Shown here piece by piece: positions 38,797-47,531 of a DNA stretch of 64,000 bases. Origin of the DNA: Clostridia bacterium. Its GTDB lineage: Bacteria > Bacillota > Clostridia > Oscillospirales > CAG-272. The stretch lies in contig JAFQOX010000105.1 of NCBI GenBank assembly GCA_017412045.1, positions 43,120-107,119 on the forward strand, given 5' to 3'. A model generated the notes under the pieces. The model did not search any database. It saw only the letters and a program-made list of their open reading frames with translations, and was not told the DNA's origin. The position numbers and the translations under genes are program-made. How positions within the stretch are numbered: the first letter of the stretch is position 1; every line of letters starts with the position of its first letter.

Positions 38797-38931
38797 AACA
38801 CCCCTTTCTTATCCATTTTTATATTACCATATTTTTGCAGAAATATCAATCGTAATCATCGTTTTTCCGATATTTTTTCGTCATTGGCGAAAAATATCCC
38901 CAACGCCGATCGTGGCGCCGGGGATATTTTT

Positions 38932-39039
38932 TATACCATAGGAAATTGCGCAAAATCAACCTCGCCGTTTTGCGTTGTTTGGATACAAGAATAACTGCGA
39001 TAGGCGAGCAGCTTCGAGTGGGCGTTGCCCACTTTTTTA
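38932..39039 (+). repeat. Structured intergenic element, copy A (candidate sRNA or MITE/PATE-like)
   Basis: TATACCATAGGAAATTGCGCAAAAT..CTCGCC..AACTGCGATA-GGCGAG..GTGGGC-gtt-GCCCAC-TTTTTT. Homologous to 52095-52326 (-) and 57384-57512 (+). Confidence 0.8.
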
Positions 39040-39047
39040 CTGTCTGA

Positions 39048-41027
39048 TCAATAATCAATAACTACCATCTGATGGCAAGCGAATCGGTCTACCGTGTAAT
39101 GCAAAATACCGTTTTCATAGGTGTACGCGATATCCTGCATCTGCGGAGCGAGATATACTCTCTTGGGCTGTTTATCCAGCTTCAGAGCGACTTCCGTATT
39201 GTAAACGGGAATCAGATCCTCGATGATTTCCGCGCGCTGACCGCGTTTTACGGGTGCGGCGTAAAGCAGATGGTTGACGTAACGGTTTTCTTCCTTCTGT
39301 TCCATCAGCGTGGTAACGCCCTGCGCGGGAAGATTGGTGGAGAGGGTTTTATTTTCGCCGAGCAATTTATTCAGAACGCCGATGACGGTTTCTCTTGCGA
39401 TCAAAGAGCCTTGGATTGCGTATTCCGTAAAGATATTGAAGGCGATGTAAGCGCCGTCCTTGCCGATCGTGATGGCGGGAGTCGTCACGGTAACGTCGTT
39501 CGGCGTCTGCTGATGGCTGCAAAAATGCTCTACGGTTCTTTCAAAGTACGGATTTTCGCGGAGACCGATCACCTCGCCGGTCGCATTGATTTCCGTTCCG
39601 TTCTCAAAGATGACGTAAGGTGCTTCCCAAAGACCGTTCATTTCGAACTTGGGACGGAGATAGCTGGGATTAAATTTTGCTTTTCCGACGTATTCCGCGC
39701 CGAGATCAAAAGCAAATCCCTTACCGTTTACGTAGGTGGCAGAAGTGCCGGAAGCGAGAATCTTACCGCCGTTTTTGACGAATTCACGGATCTTTTCAGC
39801 CAGGACTTCATCAACCATGCTGTCGTCGGTCATGATCAGAACCTTGTAGGGAGAGAAATCGCCCTGCACGTCTACGACGTTAAAGAGATACTTGCCTTCC
39901 AGAAGGATTCTGGATGCACCGGTGCTGCCCTTCCATGAGTGCTTTCCGGGAGGAACTGCGCCTGGGTGCAAATGACGGAATACGGACTCCTGACCGAGAA
40001 CGGCAACGTCAGCGACAGCCGTTACGTGATCGCACCACGCCTCTTTTTCCTCAACCTCCGCGTATGCGGCGCCGATCAGCTTATAGGTTGCTTCCTCCAT
40101 AAAGCCGAGCGGATGAAGCTGGTCGCCGATAGAGCACTTCGCGCCGTTGGCGATCGAAAGAGAAGCCTCGTAACGCAAAGCGTTCGGATGCTTGAAGCCT
40201 CCAAACTCGCCCCAGCTTCGATGGAATTTACCCGTCATGCCGAGATATTCCATGCCGAGGGTTCTTGCGTAAGCCGCAGAAAGAGGGAAGTGGTCGTAGC
40301 CCCAACCGCCGGTGGGAAGGCTTTCGATTTCCAGATGGGTATTGCCGTAAGCAAATTCTCTGTTGCCGATATAGAGATGTCCCGCATTGTGGAAGATCGG
40401 CAGACCGGGCTTGTACTTGTCAACGGTTTCTCTCATTCTGCGCGTATAGTTGTTGTAGGTTTCAACAGCCAGATTATAGGCGTTCTTAGGATCGTAAGGA
40501 TCCAGACCGCGATCACGCATGGTTTTCAGACAAGTCTGACAGTAGCAGGGGATGATCGCCACGATATCCGTGAAGATGCCGTCTGCATCATAGTTCTGAC
40601 AAACCTCGGCAACCTGATCCAGAAGATAATCAAGATAAGGAGAATTGAAGCAGAATCTGTGATATCCGGGAACCTTGAAGGTAGGTGTCCAGGCAATGGT
40701 TTCGTCTTCGTTACGAATGAGCCATTCGGGATGTCTTCTCGCCGTTTTTTCATCCAGTCCCGCGGAAAGGTATACGGGCGTTTTTACGCCGATTTCATGC
40801 GCCGCTTCAATCTGAGCGCCGAGCAGGTCGAAATCAAGGTGCGGGTGCATTTCGTTCGCCTTAGACGGATGGTAAGCCCAACCGTGATGGCATTTCGAAA
40901 AAACGGTGATGGAGTCTACGTGTCCGGTTTTCAAAGCCTGCTGAAACTGTTCTTTTGAAAATTTGCTTCCGATGCCTTCGATGCATTCGCTGGTATGGAA
41001 GTCAAGATGAACCTGTCTGAATCTCAT
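39048..41027 (-). CDS. Putative glycoside hydrolase (GHL6-like N-terminal TIM-barrel domain plus beta-galactosidase-trimerisation-like domain)
   Basis: 659 aa. The N-terminus MRFRQVHLDFHTS... matches the pattern I associate with the 'hypothetical glycosyl hydrolase 6' family. No signal peptide. Family assignment is from memory only. Confidence 0.5.
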   Translation of the reverse strand: MRFRQVHLDFHTSECIEGIGSKFSKEQFQQALKTGHVDSITVFSKCHHGWAYHPSKANEMHPHLDFDLLGAQIEAAHEIGVKTPVYLSAGLDEKTARRHPEWLIRNEDETIAWTPTFKVPGYHRFCFNSPYLDYLLDQVAEVCQNYDADGIFTDIVAIIPCYCQTCLKTMRDRGLDPYDPKNAYNLAVETYNNYTRRMRETVDKYKPGLPIFHNAGHLYIGNREFAYGNTHLEIESLPTGGWGYDHFPLSAAYARTLGMEYLGMTGKFHRSWGEFGGFKHPNALRYEASLSIANGAKCSIGDQLHPLGFMEEATYKLIGAAYAEVEEKEAWCDHVTAVADVAVLGQESVFRHLHPGAVPPGKHSWKGSTGASRILLEGKYLFNVVDVQGDFSPYKVLIMTDDSMVDEVLAEKIREFVKNGGKILASGTSATYVNGKGFAFDLGAEYVGKAKFNPSYLRPKFEMNGLWEAPYVIFENGTEINATGEVIGLRENPYFERTVEHFCSHQQTPNDVTVTTPAITIGKDGAYIAFNIFTEYAIQGSLIARETVIGVLNKLLGENKTLSTNLPAQGVTTLMEQKEENRYVNHLLYAAPVKRGQRAEIIEDLIPVYNTEVALKLDKQPKRVYLAPQMQDIAYTYENGILHYTVDRFACHQMVVIDY

Positions 41028-41059
41028 GATACATTCTCCTTCTGTTTTTGTTGTTTGAT

Positions 41060-41104
41060 ATAAAATTGCGAGCGTTACGGGGACGCACCGCGTCTCCGTA
41101 ACGC
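41060..41104 (-). terminator. Intrinsic terminator after infB
   Basis: 15-bp arms GCGTTACGGAGACGC / GCGTCCCCGTAACGC (minus strand) followed by TCGCAATTTTAT. Confidence 0.7.
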
Positions 41105-41122
41105 AAATTTACACTTTGAAAA

Positions 41123-43990
41123 TTATCTTTCTACTTCTTCCATGATATAGGCTTCGAGAACGTCATTTTCCTTGATGTCGTTGAATTTCTCAAGACCGAT
41201 ACCGCATTCGTAGCCGGAAGCGACTTCCTTCACGTCATCCTTGAATCTGCGCAAGGAAGCGATCTTATCTTCAAAGATGATGACACCGTCACGAACGACA
41301 CGGATCTGGGACGCGCGGGTGACCTTACCGTCCGTGATATACGAGCCTGCAATCATGCCGACGTTGGGAACGTGAATGGTCTGGCGTACTTCCGCATGAC
41401 CGAGAACGACCTCGCGGTATACGGGCTTCAGCATACCCTTGATCGCAGCGGTAATCTCTTCGATGCATTCGTAAATAATGCGGTAGGTACGAATGTCAAC
41501 TCCCTGCAATTCCGCAGAGTCGATCGCCATCTTATCGGGACGGACGTTGAAGCCGACGATAATCGCATTGGAAGCCGCAGCAAGCATAACGTCGCCTTCA
41601 ATGATACCGCCGACGCCGGTGTGGATGACGTTAACCTTAACTTCATCGTTGCTGAGCTTCTCAAGAGAAGCTTTGACCGCTTCCGCAGAGCCCTTTACGT
41701 CTGCTTTGACGATAATATTGAGATCCTTTACGCCCTCTGCCATCTGCGCGAAGAGGTCGTCAAGGTTGACCTTTGCGTTTGCCTTGAAGATTTCTTCTTT
41801 TTCCTTCTGGCGGCGCTGCTCAGCGAGTTCCTTCGCCATGCGTTCGTCTTCGACTGCGTTGATCTCGTCACCTGCGGAAGGAACGGAGTCGAGACCGATA
41901 ATTTCTACGGGAACGGAGGGACCTGCCGTCTTGATGATCTGACCCTTATCGTTGGTCATCGCGCGAACGTGGCCGACTGCCGTACCGACGATGACGGTAT
42001 CACCCGTATGAAGCGTACCGTTCTGGATCAGTACGGTTGCAACGGGACCTCTGCCGCGGTCGAGCTTGGCTTCGATAACGATACCCTTCGCGCGGCGGTT
42101 GGGATCCGCCTTGAAGTCTTCCACTTCCGCAACGAGCAATACGTTTTCGAGCAGATCGTCAATGCCGTCGCCTCTCAGAGCGGATACGGGAACGCAGATC
42201 ACGTCACCGCCCCATTCTTCGGGAACGAGGTCGTATTTGGTAAGCTCCGTTTTGATCGCTTCGGGATTAGCCGTGGGCTTATCAATCTTATTGATCGCAA
42301 CGATAATCGGAATATCGGCAGCTTTTGCATGGTTGATCGCTTCTACGGTCTGAGGCATGATACCGTCGTCTGCCGCAACGACGAGAATGGCAATATCCGT
42401 GGATTTTGCGCCGCGCGCACGCATAGCGGTGAACGCTTCGTGTCCGGGCGTATCAAGGAAGGTGATATACTGTCCGTTACAGTCCACGCGGTAAGCACCG
42501 ATGTGCTGGGTAATACCGCCCGCTTCGCCTGCGGTCACGCGCGTATTTCTGATTGCGTCGAGAAGGGAGGTCTTACCGTGGTCAACGTGGCCCATAACGC
42601 ATACGACGGGAGGACGCGTTTCGAGCGTATCGGAATCCGCGGGCTCTTCGTCGAAGAGCTTTTCTTCGATGGTTACGACGACTTCCTTCGTTACCTTGGC
42701 GCCAAGCTCGTCAGCAACAAAGAATGCGGTATCGTAATCCACAGACTGGTTGACGGTCGCCATAACGCCCATCATCATCAGACGCTTGATAACTTCGCTG
42801 GCGGTAACCTTCAGCTTCTGCGCAAGCTCGGATACCGTGATCTCATCGGGAATGGTGATCGCAAGCTGTGTCTTTTTGATTTCCTGCTTCTTCATCTTAT
42901 CGGGAGCATTTTTGTTCTTGTCCTTGCTTCCCTTTGCGTAAGGATTATTGTTCTGCTGCTTTTTCAGCTTCTGTCTGTCGGGAGCATTGTTTCTGCGCGC
43001 GCTTTCGGGAACGAAGTTTTCAAGTCTTTCATCGTATTTGGAAAGGTCAACGGACGTTGTTCTCGTGTCTACGATTCTCGTCGTCTTGGGAGCCAGAGTC
43101 GGCTGTTCTTTCTTTTCCTTGGGCTTCTGCGGTTGCGGCTGAGGGATGGGACGGGGAGCGGGAGCGGCAGACTGTGTTACGGGAGCGGCAGGCGCGTTAT
43201 TCTGCGTATTCTGCGGTCTCTGCTGACGCTGGAAATTATTGTTGTTCTGGTTATTCTGATTATTCTGATTATTGTTGCCGCCGTTACCGTGTCCGCCGTT
43301 TCCGTTGTTGAACGGTCTCTGAGAATTCTGCTGACGGTCCTGCTGACGGTCCTGATTTCGCTGTCCGTAGGCAGGCTGTCTTCTGTCATTGTTATTTTCA
43401 TTTTTGTTAAAAGAGGGAGATTTCTGGAAATTGTTCGTGTTTCTTTCCGTACGTCTGGTCTCTTCGGACGCTCCTTGCTTGGCATCGTTATAAGATCTGG
43501 CGGGAGCTGTATTTTTATTCGTATATTCTTTCTTCGGCATTTCTCTTGTATTTTCCTTTGCAGACGTTTCTTTGATCGAACTTTCTTTTTCGGAGGTAAC
43601 TTCCTTAGCAGGAGCTGCTTCCTTTGCGGGAGTTGCTTCCTTTGCGGGAGCTGCTTCCTTAGCGGGAGCCGCTTCCTTAGCAGAAACTGCTTCCTTAGCG
43701 GGAGCCGTGTCTCTTGCGGGTTTGGATTTGGTTGTCTTGGCAACCGTATCCGTCTTCTTTGCCGTTTCTTTCGGAACGTTCGCCTTGCCGGCGAGATAGT
43801 CCGACATATTGGTTACCTGATTGCTTCCGGTAAGGCAACTCAAGAAAACGGAAAATTCTTCCGTTGTGACCGTTCCGGACGTTTTCTTATCAATGCCCGC
43901 CGCGGCAAGAACGTCAATGACGTCTTTGGGCTTCATGTTAAAATCTTTTGCGAGTGTGTTAATTTTTATCTGTTTGGAATTTGTGGCCAT
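41123..43990 (-). CDS. infB: Translation initiation factor IF-2
   Basis: 955 aa. GTPase G-domain ([23 protein letters not shown]). Long low-complexity N-terminus. Confidence 0.97.
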   Translation of the reverse strand: MATNSKQIKINTLAKDFNMKPKDVIDVLAAAGIDKKTSGTVTTEEFSVFLSCLTGSNQVTNMSDYLAGKANVPKETAKKTDTVAKTTKSKPARDTAPAKEAVSAKEAAPAKEAAPAKEATPAKEAAPAKEVTSEKESSIKETSAKENTREMPKKEYTNKNTAPARSYNDAKQGASEETRRTERNTNNFQKSPSFNKNENNNDRRQPAYGQRNQDRQQDRQQNSQRPFNNGNGGHGNGGNNNQNNQNNQNNNNFQRQQRPQNTQNNAPAAPVTQSAAPAPRPIPQPQPQKPKEKKEQPTLAPKTTRIVDTRTTSVDLSKYDERLENFVPESARRNNAPDRQKLKKQQNNNPYAKGSKDKNKNAPDKMKKQEIKKTQLAITIPDEITVSELAQKLKVTASEVIKRLMMMGVMATVNQSVDYDTAFFVADELGAKVTKEVVVTIEEKLFDEEPADSDTLETRPPVVCVMGHVDHGKTSLLDAIRNTRVTAGEAGGITQHIGAYRVDCNGQYITFLDTPGHEAFTAMRARGAKSTDIAILVVAADDGIMPQTVEAINHAKAADIPIIVAINKIDKPTANPEAIKTELTKYDLVPEEWGGDVICVPVSALRGDGIDDLLENVLLVAEVEDFKADPNRRAKGIVIEAKLDRGRGPVATVLIQNGTLHTGDTVIVGTAVGHVRAMTNDKGQIIKTAGPSVPVEIIGLDSVPSAGDEINAVEDERMAKELAEQRRQKEKEEIFKANAKVNLDDLFAQMAEGVKDLNIIVKADVKGSAEAVKASLEKLSNDEVKVNVIHTGVGGIIEGDVMLAAASNAIIVGFNVRPDKMAIDSAELQGVDIRTYRIIYECIEEITAAIKGMLKPVYREVVLGHAEVRQTIHVPNVGMIAGSYITDGKVTRASQIRVVRDGVIIFEDKIASLRRFKDDVKEVASGYECGIGLEKFNDIKENDVLEAYIMEEVER
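43600..43715 (-). repeat. 18-nt tandem repeat inside infB encoding (A/S/T)-K-E-A-x-P units
   Basis: + strand gcttcctt(t/a)gc(g/a)ggag(c/t)(t/c) repeated about 6 times. Protein [34 protein letters not shown]. Confidence 0.85.
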
Positions 43991-43994
43991 ATTC

Positions 43995-44321
43995 TCATTC
44001 CTTTCTTTCTATATTGCGACCGATGAGTTCAGAAAGATGGTAATCGGTAATTCCCACGCAAGCGGCAAACGATTTTCCGATTGCGCCTCCAAGCATTTCT
44101 TTCGTAATATCCGTGAAATGCAATTTTATATGATAATATGCGCAGCAATCGGAAATCCTCTTTTTCGTATTATCGGAAACGTCCCCCGCGCAAACCACCA
44201 GAAAAATTTTATTTTTTCGGATCTCTTCACAAACGAAATCCGTTCCCGAGATCAGTTTGCCCGCTTTTCTGGCAAGACCGATGGAAAAAAGCGTTTGTTT
44301 TAAATTTTTATCTTCGTTCAC
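43995..44321 (-). CDS. ylxQ: L7Ae/L30e-family RNA-binding protein (YlxQ-like)
   Basis: About 108 aa from GTG 44321 (GAGAGGAA upstream; GTGA overlap with the ylxR stop). [14 protein letters not shown]...LVVCAGDVS pattern. Conserved nusA-ylxR-ylxQ-infB order. Confidence 0.8.
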   Translation of the reverse strand: MNEDKNLKQTLFSIGLARKAGKLISGTDFVCEEIRKNKIFLVVCAGDVSDNTKKRISDCCAYYHIKLHFTDITKEMLGGAIGKSFAACVGITDYHLSELIGRNIERKE

Positions 44322-44596
44322 AAAGAATTCCTCTCGATTTCTATCTCCAGATTTTGAAATACTTCCTCCGGAATTTTGCAATCCAGATTGATTTCCAGAC
44401 GCTTTCTGGCTTTTTTCAGGCAAGAAGCGGATGGACAAATATATGCGCCTCGTCCGGATTTCTTTCCAGTTCTGTCAATTTCAACGCCTTTTTCATCGGG
44501 AAGTCTTACGATACGGATCAGATCCTTTTTCGCTTTTTTCTCGGAACACCCGATACATTTGCGTTCCGGTGCTTTTTTCGTTGACGCGTTCTGCAA
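44318..44596 (-). CDS. ylxR: YlxR/DUF448-family RNA-binding protein
   Basis: 92 aa. RKCIGC....K.DLIRIV....G....D..GK..GRGAYIC motif. Confidence 0.9.
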   Translation of the reverse strand: MQNASTKKAPERKCIGCSEKKAKKDLIRIVRLPDEKGVEIDRTGKKSGRGAYICPSASCLKKARKRLEINLDCKIPEEVFQNLEIEIERNSL

Positions 44597-44599
44597 GCT

Positions 44600-45658
44600 T
44601 TATTCCTCCGTCACTTTTTCTATCTGATCATCCGTTTTGATATCGATCTTGAATCCGGTCAATCTTGCGGCAAGTCTTGCGTTCTGCCCTTCCTTGCCGA
44701 TTGCAAGAGAAAGCTGATCGTTGTCTACGATGACACGGCAGCTGTGCTCACCCGTAACGGTAACGCTCTTTACGGTAGCGGGAGAGAGCGCCGCGCTGAC
44801 ATATTCTTCGGGCGTTTCGCTGTATTTGATGATGTCGATCTTTTCGCCGCGGAGCTCGTTGATGATATTGGCAATACGACCGCCGCTCTTACCGATGCAA
44901 GCGCCGACGGGATCTACGTTTTCATCTCTGCTCTTGACCGCGATCTTCGTTCGGGAGCCTGCTTCTCTGGAAATGCCCTTGATAATAACGGTAGCATCCT
45001 GAATTTCCGGAATTTCAAGCTCAAAGAGTCGCTTGACAAGACCGAAATGCGTTCTGGACAGAGTAACGATAGGTCCTTTGGTTTCATTTTTGACTTCCAT
45101 GATGAAAACCTTGATGTGATCGCCGGGCTCGAATCTTTCTCCGGGAATCTGTTCGGACTTCATGATAACGGCCTGACTCGTACCCGTATCGACGACGACA
45201 TTGCCGTTTTCGGGATCTACCTTGATGACCGTTGCCGTGACAACCTCTTCTCTCTTGCTGGAATATTCCTTGATCGCCATATTGCGCTCTGCCTCGCGGA
45301 TGCCCTGTACGATAACCTGCTTTGCGGCAAGTGCGCTGATTCTGCCGAAATTCTTGGTTTTCAATTCTACGTCGACGAGATCGCCGATCTCGTATTTTTT
45401 GTTTTTATGGAGTTGCTTTGCATCCTCCAGCGAAATTTCCGTTTCAAAATTTTCAACGGATTCAACGATTTTCTTTACCTGATATACTTTGATATCCTTC
45501 TTTGCTTCATCCATGACGACTCTGACGTTTTCCAGTCCGCCCTTTTCTCTCTGATAAGCGCGTGTCAATGCCGCCTCGATTTTTTCCATCATATGCGCCT
45601 TGGAAATGCCGCGTTCCGCTTCGAGCGCGTCCAACGCATTAAAAAATTCGGTATTCAT
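44600..45658 (-). CDS. nusA: Transcription termination/antitermination factor NusA
   Basis: 352 aa. N-terminal domain, S1, and two KH domains (GACIG..G.RI, AIGKEGQNARLAARLTG). Confidence 0.97.
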   Translation of the reverse strand: MNTEFFNALDALEAERGISKAHMMEKIEAALTRAYQREKGGLENVRVVMDEAKKDIKVYQVKKIVESVENFETEISLEDAKQLHKNKKYEIGDLVDVELKTKNFGRISALAAKQVIVQGIREAERNMAIKEYSSKREEVVTATVIKVDPENGNVVVDTGTSQAVIMKSEQIPGERFEPGDHIKVFIMEVKNETKGPIVTLSRTHFGLVKRLFELEIPEIQDATVIIKGISREAGSRTKIAVKSRDENVDPVGACIGKSGGRIANIINELRGEKIDIIKYSETPEEYVSAALSPATVKSVTVTGEHSCRVIVDNDQLSLAIGKEGQNARLAARLTGFKIDIKTDDQIEKVTEE

Positions 45659-45714
45659 AATTTTAGTTATCCTTTCTTAAAAACAGAAAATGTCTGCCGA
45701 TCCTTGAGCCTGCA

Positions 45715-46206
45715 TCAATCTTCCTTCATGCTGATGGAAGAAAAGTCAAAAACGGTCTGCACCTTGGAAATCTTATTCAAAGGAATCTTACGGGATTCTT
45801 CCGCAAGATCGACCGTGATGGAATCCTCGTCGTAGGCGCTGAGAATTCCGTTGTAAGACTTCTTTTTGTTTTCGTCGGGAGCAAACAGACGAATCTCTAT
45901 TTCACTGCCGATGGAGGCGGCAAAATGCTCCTGCTTGCGAAGCACTCTCTCCAGACCGGGGGAAGAAACCTCCAGATAATAAAAATCTTCGATCGGATCT
46001 GCTTCGTCAATGATGGGATTGATCGCACGGCTTACCTTTTCACAGTCGTCAATGTCGATTCCTTCGTCGGAATCCAGGGTAATGCGCAGATACCATTCCG
46101 TGCCCTCTTTTACATATTCCACGTCCCAAATACGGTAACCGAGCTCCGTTATGCAGGGCGCAACGAGAGCCTCTACACGTTCAGCAATACTGATACCTTT
46201 TGCCAT
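45715..46206 (-). CDS. rimP: Ribosome maturation factor RimP
   Basis: 163 aa. ...YLRITLDSDEGIDIDDCEKVSR...YYLEVSSPGLERVL signature. Confidence 0.93.
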   Translation of the reverse strand: MAKGISIAERVEALVAPCITELGYRIWDVEYVKEGTEWYLRITLDSDEGIDIDDCEKVSRAINPIIDEADPIEDFYYLEVSSPGLERVLRKQEHFAASIGSEIEIRLFAPDENKKKSYNGILSAYDEDSITVDLAEESRKIPLNKISKVQTVFDFSSISMKED

Positions 46207-46298
46207 ACAAAAACCTCCTTGTAATCTGATTTGGGTAAATAAACAAGTGAGAGTGGACTTTCGCCCACTCCCAACATTGCCGTTATCTTACATGATAA

Positions 46299-46327
46299 AG
46301 TATATCATGAATAAAAAAGAAAAGCAA
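46299..46327 (-). promoter_or_regulatory. Sigma-A-type promoter of the rimP-nusA-infB operon, followed by a leader hairpin
   Basis: Minus strand TTGCTT-17 nt-TATACT. The leader contains GAGTGGGC-GAAA-GTCCACTC (46251-46270), an 8-bp stem with a GAAA loop about 45 nt before the rimP ATG. Confidence 0.45.
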
Positions 46328-46564
46328 TACCTAACGAAAAAATATTTTTAAAAATAGTGTTTTTTTATGAAAAAACTGCTATTTTCTAAAAAATCATCCA
46401 TTCCATTCCTCATATTTTTCACAAAAAACAGATACCCTTCATAAGATACCCTATCAACGAAAATACGAAAGGATGGATAGCGCTTGAAGATCGTCGTTTG
46501 GAAATCTCCGAAAATATTTTCCCCCTTGCTGAAAAAATTTTTCCGCATCAAGAAGTCGTGAACG

Positions 46565-46604
46565 CCGAAAAAGGGATCGTCAGAAAATGACAGATCCCTT
46601 TTTC
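46565..46604. terminator. Terminator after the thioesterase gene (A-tract/hairpin/T-tract, bidirectional form)
   Basis: AAAAAGGGATCGTCA-gaaaa-TGAC(a)GATCCCTTTTT. Confidence 0.7.
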
Positions 46605-46620
46605 AACGCTTGCAGAGCGG

Positions 46621-47346
46621 TTAAGAAAGCGCCACGATCGCGCGCAGCTTACCGTCAGGTCCGTAAACGCCGACGGTATGTACGCCGTCGTTATTCTTAT
46701 ATTTACAGGTAATATCCCGCTCGTCGGCGCGGATTTCCTTTCTGTAGGTGATGCGGATTTCACGGAAATCCCTTTCGCGGTATACGTCCTCCGGCACGGT
46801 TTCCAATGCGATGTCCAGATAGCAAAGGTTGTGGAGATGTCCGTTCAGATCGATTTCCTTACGGTAAACGCGATAAGGCATTTCGTAATCGTAGTCCTTC
46901 GGCTCACGCATTCGGGTAAGCTCACCCTCTTCAAAAGCGCTCTTTGCTTCCGTTCCGTATGCCGCAAGGAGTGTATCCGTCACGCGGAGCAGCTTTTTAT
47001 CGACGGCGTTGACGGGCGTCCATTTCGACGATGCGCTGACGCAGAGATTGCCTTCCTCGTCGAAAATCTCAAAATCGCGTAGCGTCGTGCAGGGAGAGCA
47101 TACGCCGCGACTCCACGTCGTGACGCGATAGCTCTCACCGTAATGCATGGGAATATGTATCCTTACCCGCCATTCCAGCAAAAGCCACGCCAGCTTGCTT
47201 TGTTCAATATTTCTCGCCCCGAAGCCGACGGAGTCGGAATGATAGGAGCTGATGTCCTCCAGAACGCGGAGAATCGCCCGTTCCTCCAATCTTCCGTTTC
47301 TGCCGTAATCCTCAAGGCTTGCTTTTACGTATTCTTCGTAGATCAT
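46621..47346 (-). CDS. Acyl-ACP thioesterase (hot-dog fold)
   Basis: 241 aa. Length and the LAWLLLEWRVRI.. / ..DLNGHLHN.. blocks resemble the bacterial acyl-[ACP] thioesterase family. Confidence 0.6.
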   Translation of the reverse strand: MIYEEYVKASLEDYGRNGRLEERAILRVLEDISSYHSDSVGFGARNIEQSKLAWLLLEWRVRIHIPMHYGESYRVTTWSRGVCSPCTTLRDFEIFDEEGNLCVSASSKWTPVNAVDKKLLRVTDTLLAAYGTEAKSAFEEGELTRMREPKDYDYEMPYRVYRKEIDLNGHLHNLCYLDIALETVPEDVYRERDFREIRITYRKEIRADERDITCKYKNNDGVHTVGVYGPDGKLRAIVALS

Positions 47347-47457
47347 ACAGATCCTCCTCGGTGAATATATTTTAATACGATGATATCATACATATATGAA
47401 CTCAATGTAAACAAAAAATTTTTTCTTTTTTCGGAGCGCTAAAAAATAAACCTCTCC

Positions 47458-47486
47458 TTGACATCACAAAAGAGATTGTTTATAAT
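47458..47486 (+). promoter_or_regulatory. Sigma-A-type promoter of the 1028-aa glycosidase-like gene
   Basis: TTGACA-17 nt-TATAAT, both hexamers matching the consensus exactly. Confidence 0.6.
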
Positions 47487-47487
47487 A

Positions 47488-47509
47488 AAATTGTGATTTT
47501 TCACAATTT
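47488..47509. promoter_or_regulatory. Operator-like perfect palindrome over the transcription start
   Basis: AAATTGTGA-tttt-TCACAATTT (9-bp arms), starting 2 nt after the -10 hexamer. Confidence 0.5.
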
Positions 47510-47531
47510 ATTACGAACGGAGAGGTGTTTT

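Noticed and set aside
43170-43720. Tandem repeats in the 43.2-43.7 kb region considered as a possible CRISPR or other repeat array
   Set aside because: The repeats are 18-nt in-frame units without spacers, inside the infB coding sequence. No repeat-spacer array is visible anywhere in the window, including next to the cas genes.
41372-44026. 884-aa ORF on the + strand antisense to infB
   Set aside because: Same reasoning. The minus-strand product is a canonical IF-2 with a GTPase domain. The antisense translation is repetitive and low-complexity.
46348-46551. 67-aa minus-strand ORF in the 414-bp rimP/thioesterase spacer
   Set aside because: It lies in very AT-rich sequence, has no RBS ahead of the TTG/ATG start, and overlaps the predicted rimP operon promoter region. 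It is probably spurious.
47488-47509. Rex or CRP binding site assignment for the TTGTGA-tttt-TCACAA palindrome
   Set aside because: The half-sites look similar, but the spacing is 2 bp shorter than the Rex consensus (TTGTGAA-N4-TTCACAA) and does not fit CRP (TGTGA-N6-TCACA). It is kept only as a generic operator candidate.
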